Source: Pseudomonadota bacterium (GTDB lineage Archaea > Thermoplasmatota > SW-10-69-26 > JACQPN01 > JAJPHT01). Taken from it: a DNA stretch of 57,391 nt. The stretch covers positions 1 to 57,391 of the forward strand of contig JAJPHT010000021.1 of the NCBI GenBank assembly GCA_021325135.1. The letters are read 5' to 3'. Below the pieces are notes generated by a model. That model searched no databases. It saw only the letters and a program-made list of their open reading frames with translations, and was not told the DNA's origin. Position numbers and translations under genes: made by a program. Below are positions 1 through 9,270 of this stretch, one piece after another. Within the stretch, counting starts at the first letter, position 1, and every line of letters starts with the position of its first letter.

Positions 1-2
1 CG

Positions 3-338
3 GGCCTTCGGATCCTCATCCAGGACCTCAAGAAGAAGTCCTGGGAGAACGAAGCGCCCATCTGGCGAGACATCGCGAAGCGCCTCGAGAAGCCGACGAA
101 GCAGCGCATCGTCGTGAACCTTTCTCGTGTGGACCGCTACGCGAACGACGGCGAGACCATCCTCGTGCCCGGCAAGCTCCTGGCCGCGGGCGCGCTCACG
201 AAGCGCGTCAAGATCGCGGCCTACGGCTTCAGCCAGGGCGCCATCGAGAAGGTCACCGCCGCCGGAGGCGAATGCATGACGATCGAGACCCTTGCCGCGG
301 CGAACCCGACGGGCAAGAACGTGAAGATCCTCGGGTGA
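3..338 (+). CDS. rpl18e: 50S ribosomal protein L18e (5' end outside window)
   Basis: APIWRDIAKRLEKP...VNLSRVDRYANDGETILVPGKLL motif; first gene of the L18e-L13-S9-RpoN operon. Confidence 0.95.
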   Translation, partial: GLRILIQDLKKKSWENEAPIWRDIAKRLEKPTKQRIVVNLSRVDRYANDGETILVPGKLLAAGALTKRVKIAAYGFSQGAIEKVTAAGGECMTIETLAAANPTGKNVKILG

Positions 339-344
339 TATCAC

Positions 345-824
345 ATGCCCAAGAAGATCACCCCGAACCCGCAGATCGCCGAGTGGTCCCGCGCCGGCAA
401 GCCCCGCGTCGTGACCGTCGTCGACGGCACCGGCGCCAGCGCGGGCCGCCTCGCGAGCTACGTCGCGAAGCGCCTCCTCGCCGGCGAGGAAGTGCACATC
501 GTCAACGCCGAGAAGGCGACCGTCTCCGGCACCAAGGAGGCCGTGCTCGAGCGCTACAACTTCAAGCGCGACGTGGGCACGACCCGCAAGGGCCCGTACT
601 ATCCCCGCGTCCCGCATCTGATGATGAAGAGGACCGTGCGCGGGATGTTCAACTACCAGGAGCTCTCCAGCCACCGCGAGGCGTACAAGCGCCTCAAGTG
701 CTGGATCGGCGTCCCCGAGCAGCTGGCCAACCAGCAGCCCATCGTGATCGAGAAGGCGCTCAGCCACGCGCCCCGCTCCGTCACCTTCGGCGACCTGGCG
801 AAGACCCTGGGAGCCAAGTTCTGA
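345..824 (+). CDS. rpl13: 50S ribosomal protein L13
   Basis: GRLASYVAKRLL, IVNAEKA, KGPYYPR, KRTVRGM motifs; operon context. Confidence 0.96.
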   Translation: MPKKITPNPQIAEWSRAGKPRVVTVVDGTGASAGRLASYVAKRLLAGEEVHIVNAEKATVSGTKEAVLERYNFKRDVGTTRKGPYYPRVPHLMMKRTVRGMFNYQELSSHREAYKRLKCWIGVPEQLANQQPIVIEKALSHAPRSVTFGDLAKTLGAKF

Positions 825-834
825 GGTGTGAAGG

Positions 835-1242
835 ATGAGCGCAACGAAGATCGTCAACGTGAGCGGCAAGCGCAAGACCGCCGTCGCCCGCGCCACCGTG
901 CGCAAGGGCGAGGGGCGCATCCGCATCAACAACACGCCCCTGGAGATCTACACCCCCGAGCTCTCCCGCCTCAAGATCCGCGAGGCCCTGCACTTCGCCG
1001 GCGACCACGCCAACAGCGTGGACATCGACGTCGACGTGAACGGCGGCGGCATCATGGGCCAGGCCGAGGCCATCCGCACGGCCATCGCGCGCGGCATCTA
1101 CGAGTACACCGGCGACGAGAGCCTGAAGGAGGCCCTCGTCTCCTACGACCGCACGCTGCTCGTCAACGACACGCGCCGCAAGGAGGCCAAGCACCAGCTG
1201 GGCCGCGGCGCGCGCAAGAAGAAGCAGAAGTCGTACCGTTGA
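835..1242 (+). CDS. rps9: 30S ribosomal protein S9
   Basis: [23 protein letters not shown]-terminal QKSYR. Confidence 0.97.
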   Translation: MSATKIVNVSGKRKTAVARATVRKGEGRIRINNTPLEIYTPELSRLKIREALHFAGDHANSVDIDVDVNGGGIMGQAEAIRTAIARGIYEYTGDESLKEALVSYDRTLLVNDTRRKEAKHQLGRGARKKKQKSYR

Positions 1243-1253
1243 GGTGTTGAGCC

Positions 1254-1445
1254 ATGATGATCCCGGTCCGGTGCTTCACGTGCGGCAAGGTCGTGGGCTC
1301 CGCCTACGAGGCGTTCAAGGAGCGCCGCGCCGCGGGCGAGAACCCCGCCAAGATCATGGACAGCCTCGGCCTCACCCGCTACTGCTGCCGCAGGATGCTG
1401 GTGTCGCAGGTTGATATCATCGACGACTCGGCCCCCTACGCCTGA
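1254..1445 (+). CDS. rpoN: DNA-directed RNA polymerase subunit N (Rpo10)
   Basis: PVRCFTCGK...RYCCRRML zinc motif. Confidence 0.97.
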   Translation: MMIPVRCFTCGKVVGSAYEAFKERRAAGENPAKIMDSLGLTRYCCRRMLVSQVDIIDDSAPYA

Positions 1446-1500
1446 GCGCAGCGAAGGCGCGACACGCGCGGCTCCGGCTGCGCGCCCCTCTTTTCTTCTT
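1446..1500 (+). terminator. Putative terminator of the ribosomal protein operon
   Basis: GC stem (gcgcagc/gctgcgc) followed by ctcttttcttctt immediately after the rpoN stop. Confidence 0.55.
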
Positions 1501-1584
1501 CCGCTCCTCCAGGTGCACCCCTGTCTCGCGCCCGACGCGGGGAGGGCCCTCCGGCCGGCGGGGCGCGGCGGCTCGCGGGTGATC

Positions 1585-2034
1585 TCATCCCGTGACGTGC
1601 CCGCTCCAGACGGCCTTGCTGTCCACGAGGACCTGGACGCTCTTGCCCGCGAGCTCGGAGCCGTGGACGATGACGCGCTGGCCCGGCTTCACGACGACCT
1701 GGAAGGGCTGCCAGTCGTCGCGGGGCGCGCACGCGCCGGTGGCGCCCGCGACGCAGTAGCCCGAGCCGCCGACCTCGCCCCCGTCGTAGCGCAGCGTCGT
1801 GCCGTCAAGCTCCACGGTGATGGAGCCCCAGGTGAGGTTCCCGCTGGCGTTGGTGACGCGAAGCTCCTTGGTGCGCGCGTCGGTCATGGCGGCCGTGTCG
1901 TCCAGGGAGATGGTCTTGCCTGAGCCGCTGTCGGCGCCGTAGACGGCGTGCATGTACACGGCGGCGCTGACGCCCAGGACGGTGGCGATCATCATGAGGA
2001 CGGCGACGGCGTTGGAGACGGCCTGGTCGCGCAT
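1585..2034 (-). CDS. Archaeal type IV pilin-like protein
   Basis: Class III signal peptide pattern DQA|VSNAVAVLMMIATVLGVSAAVY; paralogous to the upstream gene (LDG..L.YD, YCV/FCV Cys pair). Confidence 0.8.
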   Translation of the reverse strand: MRDQAVSNAVAVLMMIATVLGVSAAVYMHAVYGADSGSGKTISLDDTAAMTDARTKELRVTNASGNLTWGSITVELDGTTLRYDGGEVGGSGYCVAGATGACAPRDDWQPFQVVVKPGQRVIVHGSELAGKSVQVLVDSKAVWSGHVTG

Positions 2035-2037
2035 GGT

Positions 2038-2496
2038 TCACCCGAGATGGACCTGGAGGATGGCGGCGTTCGCGTCGGGGGCGGAGACGAGGAGCGTCTT
2101 CCCGGCGAGGGACGAGGAGTGGATCACCAGGTGCGAGCCGGGCGCGACGCGGGTCGTCGCGGGGGCCCAGGAGCCCGTGGGGATGCAGCCGGAGCCGTCC
2201 GCGACGACGCAGAACGTGTCGGGCGTCGCGAGGGCCGAGTCGTAGCCCAGCGCCGCGCCGTCCAGGCGGACCGACACGTCGCTCCAGTGGAGGGGCGTCG
2301 AGAGGGCGGTGAGCGTGAAGGAGCGGTCGGTGGGGGTCGCGCCCTCGTCCGGCGAGAGGGACATCGCGGGGGGCGGCGCCGCGTGGTCGCCGACACCCAC
2401 CCAGAGGTAGACGACGGCCGCCAGGGCGATGACGACGGCGATCATGAGGACCGTGCCGAGGGCCTCCGACACTGCCCCGTCAAGGACCCCGCGCAT
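2038..2496 (-). CDS. Archaeal type IV pilin-like protein
   Basis: DGA|[22 protein letters not shown] prepilin motif; start chosen at ATG 2496. Confidence 0.8.
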   Translation of the reverse strand: MRGVLDGAVSEALGTVLMIAVVIALAAVVYLWVGVGDHAAPPPAMSLSPDEGATPTDRSFTLTALSTPLHWSDVSVRLDGAALGYDSALATPDTFCVVADGSGCIPTGSWAPATTRVAPGSHLVIHSSSLAGKTLLVSAPDANAAILQVHLG

Positions 2497-2560
2497 CGCG
2501 CCCTGGCTTCTCCAGGTGGCGTCCTTAAGGGTATGCAATCGTCCTTATTTCCTCGGCGTG

Positions 2561-3766
2561 ATGGGGGCCCCGATGCGCGCGATGGGGTCTGCGCTGAAGG
2601 CGTCCGCGACGAGGGTCCTCCTCCTGGGGAGCGGGGAGCTTGGCAAGGAGGTCGCCATCGAGGCGACGCGCCTGGGGTGCGAGGTGATCGCCTGCGACCG
2701 CTACGCCGACGCGCCGGCCATGCAGGTCGCGCATCGCAGCCGCGTCTTCAGCATGCTTGACGGCGCCGCCATCCGCCGCGCGGTGGAGGAGGAGAAGCCC
2801 GCCTTCATCGTGCCCGAGATCGAGGCCATCGCCACCGAGACGCTGGTGGAGCTGGAGAAGGAGGGGTGGCGCGTCGTGCCCACGGCCCGCGCCGCGCGCC
2901 TCACCATGGACCGCGAGGGCATCCGCCGCCTCGCCGCCGAGGAGCTTGGCCTCCCCACCAGCGCGTATCGCTTCGCGTCCTCCTTCGAGGAGCTTGCGGC
3001 GGGCGCGAAGGCCGTCGGGTTCCCGTGCGTCGTGAAGCCCACCATGAGCAGCAGCGGCAAGGGGCAGAGCGTCGCGCGCTCCGAGGCCGACCTGCGCCGC
3101 GCGTGGGACTACGCCATGACGGGCACGCGCGCCGCCACGGGCCGCGTCATCGTCGAGGGCTTCGTCCGCTTCGACTACGAGATCACGCTCCTCACCGTGC
3201 GGCACGCGGCGGGCACCTCCTTCTGCGAGCCCATCGGCCACGTGCAGGTGGACGGCGACTACCGCGAGTCGTGGCAGCCGCACCCCATGAGCCCCGCCGC
3301 GCTGGGGAAGTCCCAGGAGATCGCGAAGAAGGTCACCGACGCCCTGGGCGGGCGTGGGGTGTTCGGCGTCGAGCTGTTCGTGAAGGGCGACGACGTGTGG
3401 TTCAGCGAGGTGTCGCCGCGCCCCCACGACACGGGCATGGTCACCATGGCGAGCCAGGGCATGAGCGAGTTCGAGCTTCACGTCCGCGCCATCCTCGGCC
3501 TCCCCATCCCCTCCATCGAGTGCAGGCCCGGCGCCAGCGCGGCCGTGCTCAGCGAGGTCGACAGCGACGACCCCGTCTTCGAGGGCGTTGCCGACGCGCT
3601 CTCCGAGCCCGGCACCTGGGTCCGCCTCTTCGGGAAGCCCAAGGCCATCGCCAAGCCGCCGCGCCGCATGGGCGTCGTCCTCGCGCAGGGCGCCACCGTC
3701 GAGGAGGCGCGGCGAAAGGCCGTCGCGGGCGCGAAGGGCATCCGCGTCAGGGACGGCGGCGCATGA
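2561..3766 (+). CDS. purT: Formate-dependent phosphoribosylglycinamide formyltransferase
   Basis: [38 protein letters not shown]; exact start uncertain (2561, 2573 or 2582). Confidence 0.96.
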   Translation: MGAPMRAMGSALKASATRVLLLGSGELGKEVAIEATRLGCEVIACDRYADAPAMQVAHRSRVFSMLDGAAIRRAVEEEKPAFIVPEIEAIATETLVELEKEGWRVVPTARAARLTMDREGIRRLAAEELGLPTSAYRFASSFEELAAGAKAVGFPCVVKPTMSSSGKGQSVARSEADLRRAWDYAMTGTRAATGRVIVEGFVRFDYEITLLTVRHAAGTSFCEPIGHVQVDGDYRESWQPHPMSPAALGKSQEIAKKVTDALGGRGVFGVELFVKGDDVWFSEVSPRPHDTGMVTMASQGMSEFELHVRAILGLPIPSIECRPGASAAVLSEVDSDDPVFEGVADALSEPGTWVRLFGKPKAIAKPPRRMGVVLAQGATVEEARRKAVAGAKGIRVRDGGA

Positions 3767-4959
3767 GAGCGGTCCTCCTCGCCGCGGGCGAAGGCAAGCG
3801 CATGCGCCCCCTCACCGCGAACCGGCCCAAGGTGCTCCTCCCCGCGGGCCCCGAGCCGCTGCTGCACCGCCTCCTGCGCCAGCTCTCGCAGGCCGGCGTG
3901 CGCGAGGTCACCATCGTCACGCACCACAAGGCGGAGGCCGTGCGCGCCAGCGTCGCCGACGGCTCGCGCTGGGGCGTGCGCGTGCAGTACGCCGAGCAGG
4001 GCGCGGCACGCGGCACGGGGCACGCCGTCGCGGCCGCGAAGCCCCCGGCGGACGAGCCCTTCCTCATCCTCAACGGCGACGTGTTCCTGCGCGACGCGGA
4101 CGTGAAGCGCGTCGTCCAGAGCGGCCCGTGCAGCCTCGCCGCCGCGCGCGTCGAGCGCCCGCAGGCGTATGGCGTCCTGGAGACGCAGGGCGGGCGCGCG
4201 GTGCGCGTCGTCGAGAAGAGCCCGAACCCGCCCGGCGACCTCGCCAACGCGGGCGTCTACTTCGCGCCCGCCGGCTTCGCGCCGCTCCTGGACGCGCTCC
4301 AGCCCAGCCCCCGCGGCGAGCTGGAATTGACCGACGCGCTCCAGGCCTCCTTCGGCCAGGTGGGCGGCTGGAAGGTCGTGGAGGCGCAGGACTGGCTCGA
4401 CGTGGGCCGCCCGTGGGACCTCCTGGCCGCGGCGGAGCGCGCGCTCGCCGAGTGGCCCGAGGAGCGCAAGGGCACCATCGAGCCCGGCGCCACGCTCCAC
4501 GGCAAGGTCATCGTGGCCGAGGGCGCCATCGTCAAGGCCGGCGCCTACGTCGAGGGCCCGGTCTACGTCGGGCCCAAGGCGGTGGTCGGGCCCAACTGCC
4601 ACCTGCGCCCCAACACGGTGCTCCTGGAGGGCGCCAAGGTGGGGAACGCCTGCGAGATCAAGGCGTCCATCCTCATGGCGCACAGCCACGCGGCGCACCT
4701 GAGCTATCTGGGTGATAGCATCCTGGGCGAGCGCGCGAACCTGGGCGCGGGGACGCTGGTGGCGAACCTGCGCCACGACGGCAGGCCCGTCAAGGTCACG
4801 CACCTGGGCGAGCGCGTGGACACCGGGCGCCGCAAGCTGGGCGTCGTGCTGGGCGACGACGTCCACACCGGGATCAACACGTCGCTCAACGTCGGCGTCA
4901 TGCTCCCCGCGGGGGACACCACCATGCCCGGCGAAGTGGTGATGGTCACTCGCGTCTAG
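3763..4959 (+). CDS. glmU: Bifunctional sugar-1-phosphate nucleotidylyltransferase/acetyltransferase (archaeal GlmU-like)
   Basis: [21 protein letters not shown]; C-terminal left-handed beta-helix, [18 protein letters not shown]; ATGA overlap with purT. Confidence 0.9.
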   Translation: MRAVLLAAGEGKRMRPLTANRPKVLLPAGPEPLLHRLLRQLSQAGVREVTIVTHHKAEAVRASVADGSRWGVRVQYAEQGAARGTGHAVAAAKPPADEPFLILNGDVFLRDADVKRVVQSGPCSLAAARVERPQAYGVLETQGGRAVRVVEKSPNPPGDLANAGVYFAPAGFAPLLDALQPSPRGELELTDALQASFGQVGGWKVVEAQDWLDVGRPWDLLAAAERALAEWPEERKGTIEPGATLHGKVIVAEGAIVKAGAYVEGPVYVGPKAVVGPNCHLRPNTVLLEGAKVGNACEIKASILMAHSHAAHLSYLGDSILGERANLGAGTLVANLRHDGRPVKVTHLGERVDTGRRKLGVVLGDDVHTGINTSLNVGVMLPAGDTTMPGEVVMVTRV

Positions 4960-5096
4960 GCCCGCACGCCCACGAGCGCGCCCAAGGGGACGCGCGCGAG
5001 GAGCAGGCCGCAGCGGGCGCACGAGGAGTCGACCCACGCCGCGCCCGCCTCCTGGAGGACGCCGGAGTGGCCGCAGAGGGGGCAGCAACCGCGCAT
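4956..5096 (-). CDS. Small Zn-ribbon microprotein (46 aa)
   Basis: CPLCG...CARCG two CxxC pairs; fills the intergenic gap. Confidence 0.6.
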   Translation of the reverse strand: MRGCCPLCGHSGVLQEAGAAWVDSSCARCGLLLARVPLGALVGVRA

Positions 5097-5188
5097 GGGG
5101 GGAGCACCAGCCGGAGAGGGATAGGCCTGGAGGGCTTCTCCCTTGTCCCGCTGTCGCCTATCTTTTTCTGGCACGAACCCCGGCGTTC

Positions 5189-6931
5189 ATGAGCGGGGCG
5201 CGCCGTGCCTCTGCGATGCTCCCCTTCCCGTCCGGCGACCTGGTCGTGGCCGCCGCCGGGATCCCTCTCCTCTTCGGCCTGCCGGGCCTGCTGGCCCTCC
5301 TCCCCCTGACGCCGGGGTGGGGCTGGCTCCCCCGCGCGCTCGTCGGGGTGGCCCTGGGCATGGCGGGCGTCACGTTCGCCGCGTGGGGCGGCAACGCGCT
5401 CCTGGGCCTCCCCCTCGACGCGCGCCTCGCCTGGGGCTCGTGGGCCGCGCTGACGCTCCTCGCGGGCGCCGCCGCGTGGCTCGCGCGCCACCAGTGGCTC
5501 CCCCTGGCGCGGCCCCGCGTCGGGCGGAAGCACCTCGTCCTCGCGCTCCTCCTCGTGGGCGTCGCCCTCTTCGTCACGCGCCCGCACTGGGGCACCGCGC
5601 TGCCGCTGCACCAGGACGAGTGGAGCCACCTGAGCGCCAGCAAGGCCATGGTGGACCAGGCGCGGGTGGCCTTCGTCGACCCGCACCTGGGGCTCTGGCC
5701 GCCGCCCAGCGACGGCGAGATCGCCTACCACGTCCTCCTCGCCGTGGCCAAGCTCCTCACCGGAGCGGACTGGCTCGCCCTCTTCCTCGCGCTGCCCCCG
5801 CTGGTGGCGGCCCTCCTGGTGGCGACGGCGTTCTGCTGCGGCGAGCGCGAAGGGTACGGCTTGGAGGCCGCGCTCCTGGTGGCCCTCCTCCCCACGAGCA
5901 TCCGCGTGCTGGGGCCCCAGTACGCGGTGCCCCTGGCGCTGGGCCTCTTCTTCATCCCCGCCTCGTTCCTCCTCTTCGCGGGCGCAGCACCCCGGCGCAC
6001 GCTGCCGCTCCTCGCGCTCCTTCTGGTGTTCCTCTTCTTCGCGCACCCGCAGAGCGCGGCCGCCGCGGGCGTCCTCACGGGCACCTACGCGCTCCTCACC
6101 GCGCGGCGCGGCCCGTGGCGCTCCCTCGCGCTCCTCGCCCTGGCCGCCGTGCCCTTCGTGCTGGGCCTCGTCGTCTTCCGCAAGCAGACGGAGCCCGACG
6201 ACCTCCTCGCCGCCTCCACCGGCCTCCCGGTCCCCGAGTTCCTCTCCCTCTTCGGCGCCGCGGCGGGGCTCCTCTTCCTGGCGGGCGCGTTCCTCACGCT
6301 CCTGGACCCCAACCCCGAGCGCCTCGCGTGGGTCGCCACGAGCCTCGCGCACCTCCTCCTCATCGCCCTCTTCGTCACGGTCCACGTCGGGCAGAACAAC
6401 CTCTTCGACCGCGCGTGGATGCACGGCATGCTCACCATGAGCATGACCGGAGGCTTCGCGCTCCACGCCCTCAGGAGGGCGCCCTGGAGGCCTGCGCTGC
6501 GCGTCGGCGCCACCGCGCTGGCGGTCCTCCTCGTGGTGGGCCTTGCCGTCCCCGCCCAGGCCGCGCGCGAGGGCGAGTATTACCAGGTGCTCTCGCCGAC
6601 GGACTATGACAACGCGATCTGGGCGCGCGACCACGTGCCGCACGGCGGCGCGCGCGCCCTCGTCGACCCGTGGCAGGGCAACGCGTGGAACACGCTCACC
6701 GGCATCCACGTCTACGCCGCGCAGCCCTTCGGCATGACCTCGCTGCGCGCCTCGCCCTACCAGAACGTCCCCGCCGCGCTGCGCATGCTCGCCTCCAACA
6801 TGAGCGACGAGAGGACGCTCCAGCGCTGGAACGTCACGCTCCTGGTCACGGACCACCCCGTGGCGAACGCCAACTTCACTGAGGTCCACCCCGGCCTCTG
6901 GCAGCGCGTCCGGCCGAACCTCTCCTCGTGA
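5189..6931 (+). CDS. Polytopic membrane protein, GT-C-like glycosyltransferase
   Basis: About 13-15 hydrophobic helices, LHQDEWSH acidic loop motif, soluble C-terminal domain; upstream of glycosylation genes. Confidence 0.6.
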   Translation: MSGARRASAMLPFPSGDLVVAAAGIPLLFGLPGLLALLPLTPGWGWLPRALVGVALGMAGVTFAAWGGNALLGLPLDARLAWGSWAALTLLAGAAAWLARHQWLPLARPRVGRKHLVLALLLVGVALFVTRPHWGTALPLHQDEWSHLSASKAMVDQARVAFVDPHLGLWPPPSDGEIAYHVLLAVAKLLTGADWLALFLALPPLVAALLVATAFCCGEREGYGLEAALLVALLPTSIRVLGPQYAVPLALGLFFIPASFLLFAGAAPRRTLPLLALLLVFLFFAHPQSAAAAGVLTGTYALLTARRGPWRSLALLALAAVPFVLGLVVFRKQTEPDDLLAASTGLPVPEFLSLFGAAAGLLFLAGAFLTLLDPNPERLAWVATSLAHLLLIALFVTVHVGQNNLFDRAWMHGMLTMSMTGGFALHALRRAPWRPALRVGATALAVLLVVGLAVPAQAAREGEYYQVLSPTDYDNAIWARDHVPHGGARALVDPWQGNAWNTLTGIHVYAAQPFGMTSLRASPYQNVPAALRMLASNMSDERTLQRWNVTLLVTDHPVANANFTEVHPGLWQRVRPNLSS

Positions 6932-6993
6932 GCGGCGCTCGTCCGTTGGTCCGGTGGCCGCTAGGCCAAATACTCCCGGAGCGAGGCCCCAGC

Positions 6994-8145
6994 GTGAGCG
7001 CAGCGCTGACGCACGCGGCCATGGGGCTCCTCCTGGGCCTCGCCCTGCGCCTGCGCTGGCGCGACCTCCCCCTGGCTGCGCTCCTGGCCGAGCTGCCCGA
7101 CCTGGACCACCTGGGGCTGTTCCTGCCGGTGCCGGTCCTCGTCTCCCGCGGCACGCTGCACAACCTCTTCGTCTGCGTGGTCCTCCCCGCGGGCCTCGCC
7201 GCGTGGATGCGCTGGCGCGACGTCGCGCCCCGCTGGCAGCGCCTCGCCCTCGCCGCGCCCCTCCTCCTCACGAGCCACCTCCTCCTGGACATGCTCCCCC
7301 TGGACCCCCTGGGCGGCGTGGGCAACGTCCTCCTCCTCTACCCCCTCTCGCCGACGCCCTACACGCTGGACTTCCAGGCTGCGGCGTACCTCAGCCCCGC
7401 GACCTACAGCACCATCACGCTGATGCTCCTGCTCCTGGCGGGCCTCGCCGCGCTGACGCTCTGGGTCGCCGAGCGCCGCGGCCTGCGCCCCCTCGCCGCC
7501 CTCGCGGGAGCCTGGCTCCTCGTCCTCCCCGCCGCCGGGCTCGCCGGCGCCATCGTGCCCGCGCCCGCCTACCCCAACGCGCTCCTCTCCGTGGAGGCGC
7601 CGCGCCTCAGGCTCCCCGAAGGGAGCATCCTCGCCCTGGTCCACAACCTCGGAGGGACCGGCCTCGGCGCGGGCGCCCTGCGGCTGGACGTCCGCGACGC
7701 CCACGGGCTCGTCGTCTCCGCCTCGAACCCCAAAGGGCTCGCGCCCGGCGAGACGTGGATCGTCGACCTCCCCGTCCCCGGCGACGCCCGCGCCCTGGGC
7801 GCCCTCACCGCCACGCTGGCCCACGCGCGCACCGGACACGCCTACGCCGCCGCCAAGCTCGCCGTGGAGCGCGGGCACCTGGACCTGGCCCTGCGCCTGG
7901 ACGCCGGCAGCGGGCCCCTCCAGGTCGTCGCCCGGAACGACGGAGGCCTCCCCGCGCCCGCCGGCTCCCTGCGCGCCACCGCCACCCAGAACGGACGCAT
8001 CGTCCAGAACCTCACCAACGACCAGCCCCTCCCCGCAGGCGGCTCGTGGACCCTCCCCCCCGCGGGCAGCCTCGGCGGCGCCCTGGCCACGTGGGACCTC
8101 CGCAGCGCCGACGACGGCACCCTCTACGACCGCCGCGCCACCTAG
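6994..8145 (+). CDS. Membrane-bound metal-dependent hydrolase with C-terminal Ig/CARDB-like domains
   Basis: THA, LPDLDH, RGTLHN, SHLLLD motifs; V.N.GG repeats in the C-terminal part; start could be 6928. Confidence 0.7.
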   Translation: MSAALTHAAMGLLLGLALRLRWRDLPLAALLAELPDLDHLGLFLPVPVLVSRGTLHNLFVCVVLPAGLAAWMRWRDVAPRWQRLALAAPLLLTSHLLLDMLPLDPLGGVGNVLLLYPLSPTPYTLDFQAAAYLSPATYSTITLMLLLLAGLAALTLWVAERRGLRPLAALAGAWLLVLPAAGLAGAIVPAPAYPNALLSVEAPRLRLPEGSILALVHNLGGTGLGAGALRLDVRDAHGLVVSASNPKGLAPGETWIVDLPVPGDARALGALTATLAHARTGHAYAAAKLAVERGHLDLALRLDAGSGPLQVVARNDGGLPAPAGSLRATATQNGRIVQNLTNDQPLPAGGSWTLPPAGSLGGALATWDLRSADDGTLYDRRAT

Positions 8146-8316
8146 AGCCGACCTCTAGAAGCCGACTGGTGAAGCCCCGATCCCCAACCCTTTTCAAGGT
8201 CTGCAGCTAGCCGCCTTATGAAGGCCGGGCACGATCCGCACCACCGGAGAGGCTGGAAACCCCACCGGGTTCAAATCCCCCCTCCCGCTGCCCGCGTGCC
8301 CACCCGGAGCCTAGAC

Positions 8317-9270
8317 ATGGAGCCCATCGAGACCCGCCAGGCCGCCCCCGTCCACGTCACCCGCGGAGGCCCCCGCGTCCTCGTCGCCATCCCCTGCTAC
8401 AACGAGGAGCTCGCCATCGCCGGCGTCGTCCTGCGCGCCAAGCGCTTCGCCGACGAGGTGCTGGTCATCGACGACGGCAGCAAGGACCAGACCGTCGCCC
8501 TCGCCACCATGGCCGGCGCCACCGTCCTCCAGAACCCCGGCAACAAAGGCAAGGGGTACGGCGTCCGCCGCGCCTTCCAGCACGCCCACGACGGAGGCTA
8601 CGACGCCCTCGTCCTCCTCGACGGCGACGGCCAGCACGACCCGGACGAGATTCCCCTCCTCCTCGACCCCATCCTCAAGGGCGAGAAGGACGTCGCCCTC
8701 GGCTTCCGCTTCGGCGACAAGACCGAGATGCCCATGTGGCGCCGCGTCGGCAAGCGCGTGCTGGATTACGCCACGGCCGCTGGCGGCGCGGGCGTCGTCA
8801 CCGACTCGCAGTGCGGCTACCGCGCCTTCGGCCGCCGAGCCATCGCCGAGATGACCGCCAAGCTCCAGGGCGACGGATTCTCCATCGAGTCGGAGCAGCT
8901 CGTCGTCATGAAGGACGCCTCCCTCTCCTTCGAGAACGTGCGGATCCACTGCAAGTACGACGGCATCGACGGCAGCACCAAGGGGCCGGTGGAGCACGCG
9001 GTGGGCGTGCTTACCTCGATCTTCGACATGATGACCTCAAAGCACCCGATGAGGTTCATCGCATTCCCGAGCGCGGCCATCCTGCTGGCCGGCGTCGCGC
9101 TGGGCATCACCACCATCCGCCACTACAACAACACGCACTCCTTCCTCATCGCCTACGCCCTGGGCAGCGCCACGCTGGCGATCCTGGGCACCATGGGCAT
9201 CCTCGTCGCGATCATGCTCAAGATGATCAGCCACATGGAGCGGCGCATCGCGAAGCGCGTCCCGAGGTGA
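8317..9270 (+). CDS. Glycosyltransferase family 2 (DPM-synthase-like) with two C-terminal TM helices
   Basis: IPCYNEE, IDDGSKD, LDGDGQHDP, DSQCGYRAF. Confidence 0.92.
   Translation: MEPIETRQAAPVHVTRGGPRVLVAIPCYNEELAIAGVVLRAKRFADEVLVIDDGSKDQTVALATMAGATVLQNPGNKGKGYGVRRAFQHAHDGGYDALVLLDGDGQHDPDEIPLLLDPILKGEKDVALGFRFGDKTEMPMWRRVGKRVLDYATAAGGAGVVTDSQCGYRAFGRRAIAEMTAKLQGDGFSIESEQLVVMKDASLSFENVRIHCKYDGIDGSTKGPVEHAVGVLTSIFDMMTSKHPMRFIAFPSAAILLAGVALGITTIRHYNNTHSFLIAYALGSATLAILGTMGILVAIMLKMISHMERRIAKRVPR

Noticed and set aside
3763-4959. Two GlmU-like paralogues (3763 and 53935) as a novelty
   Set aside because: Paired GlmU-like nucleotidyltransferases are common in euryarchaeal genomes
8227-8302. 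Functional tRNA gene
   Set aside because: T-stem pairs only 3 bp, is not adjacent to the acceptor strand, and there are no D or anticodon arms
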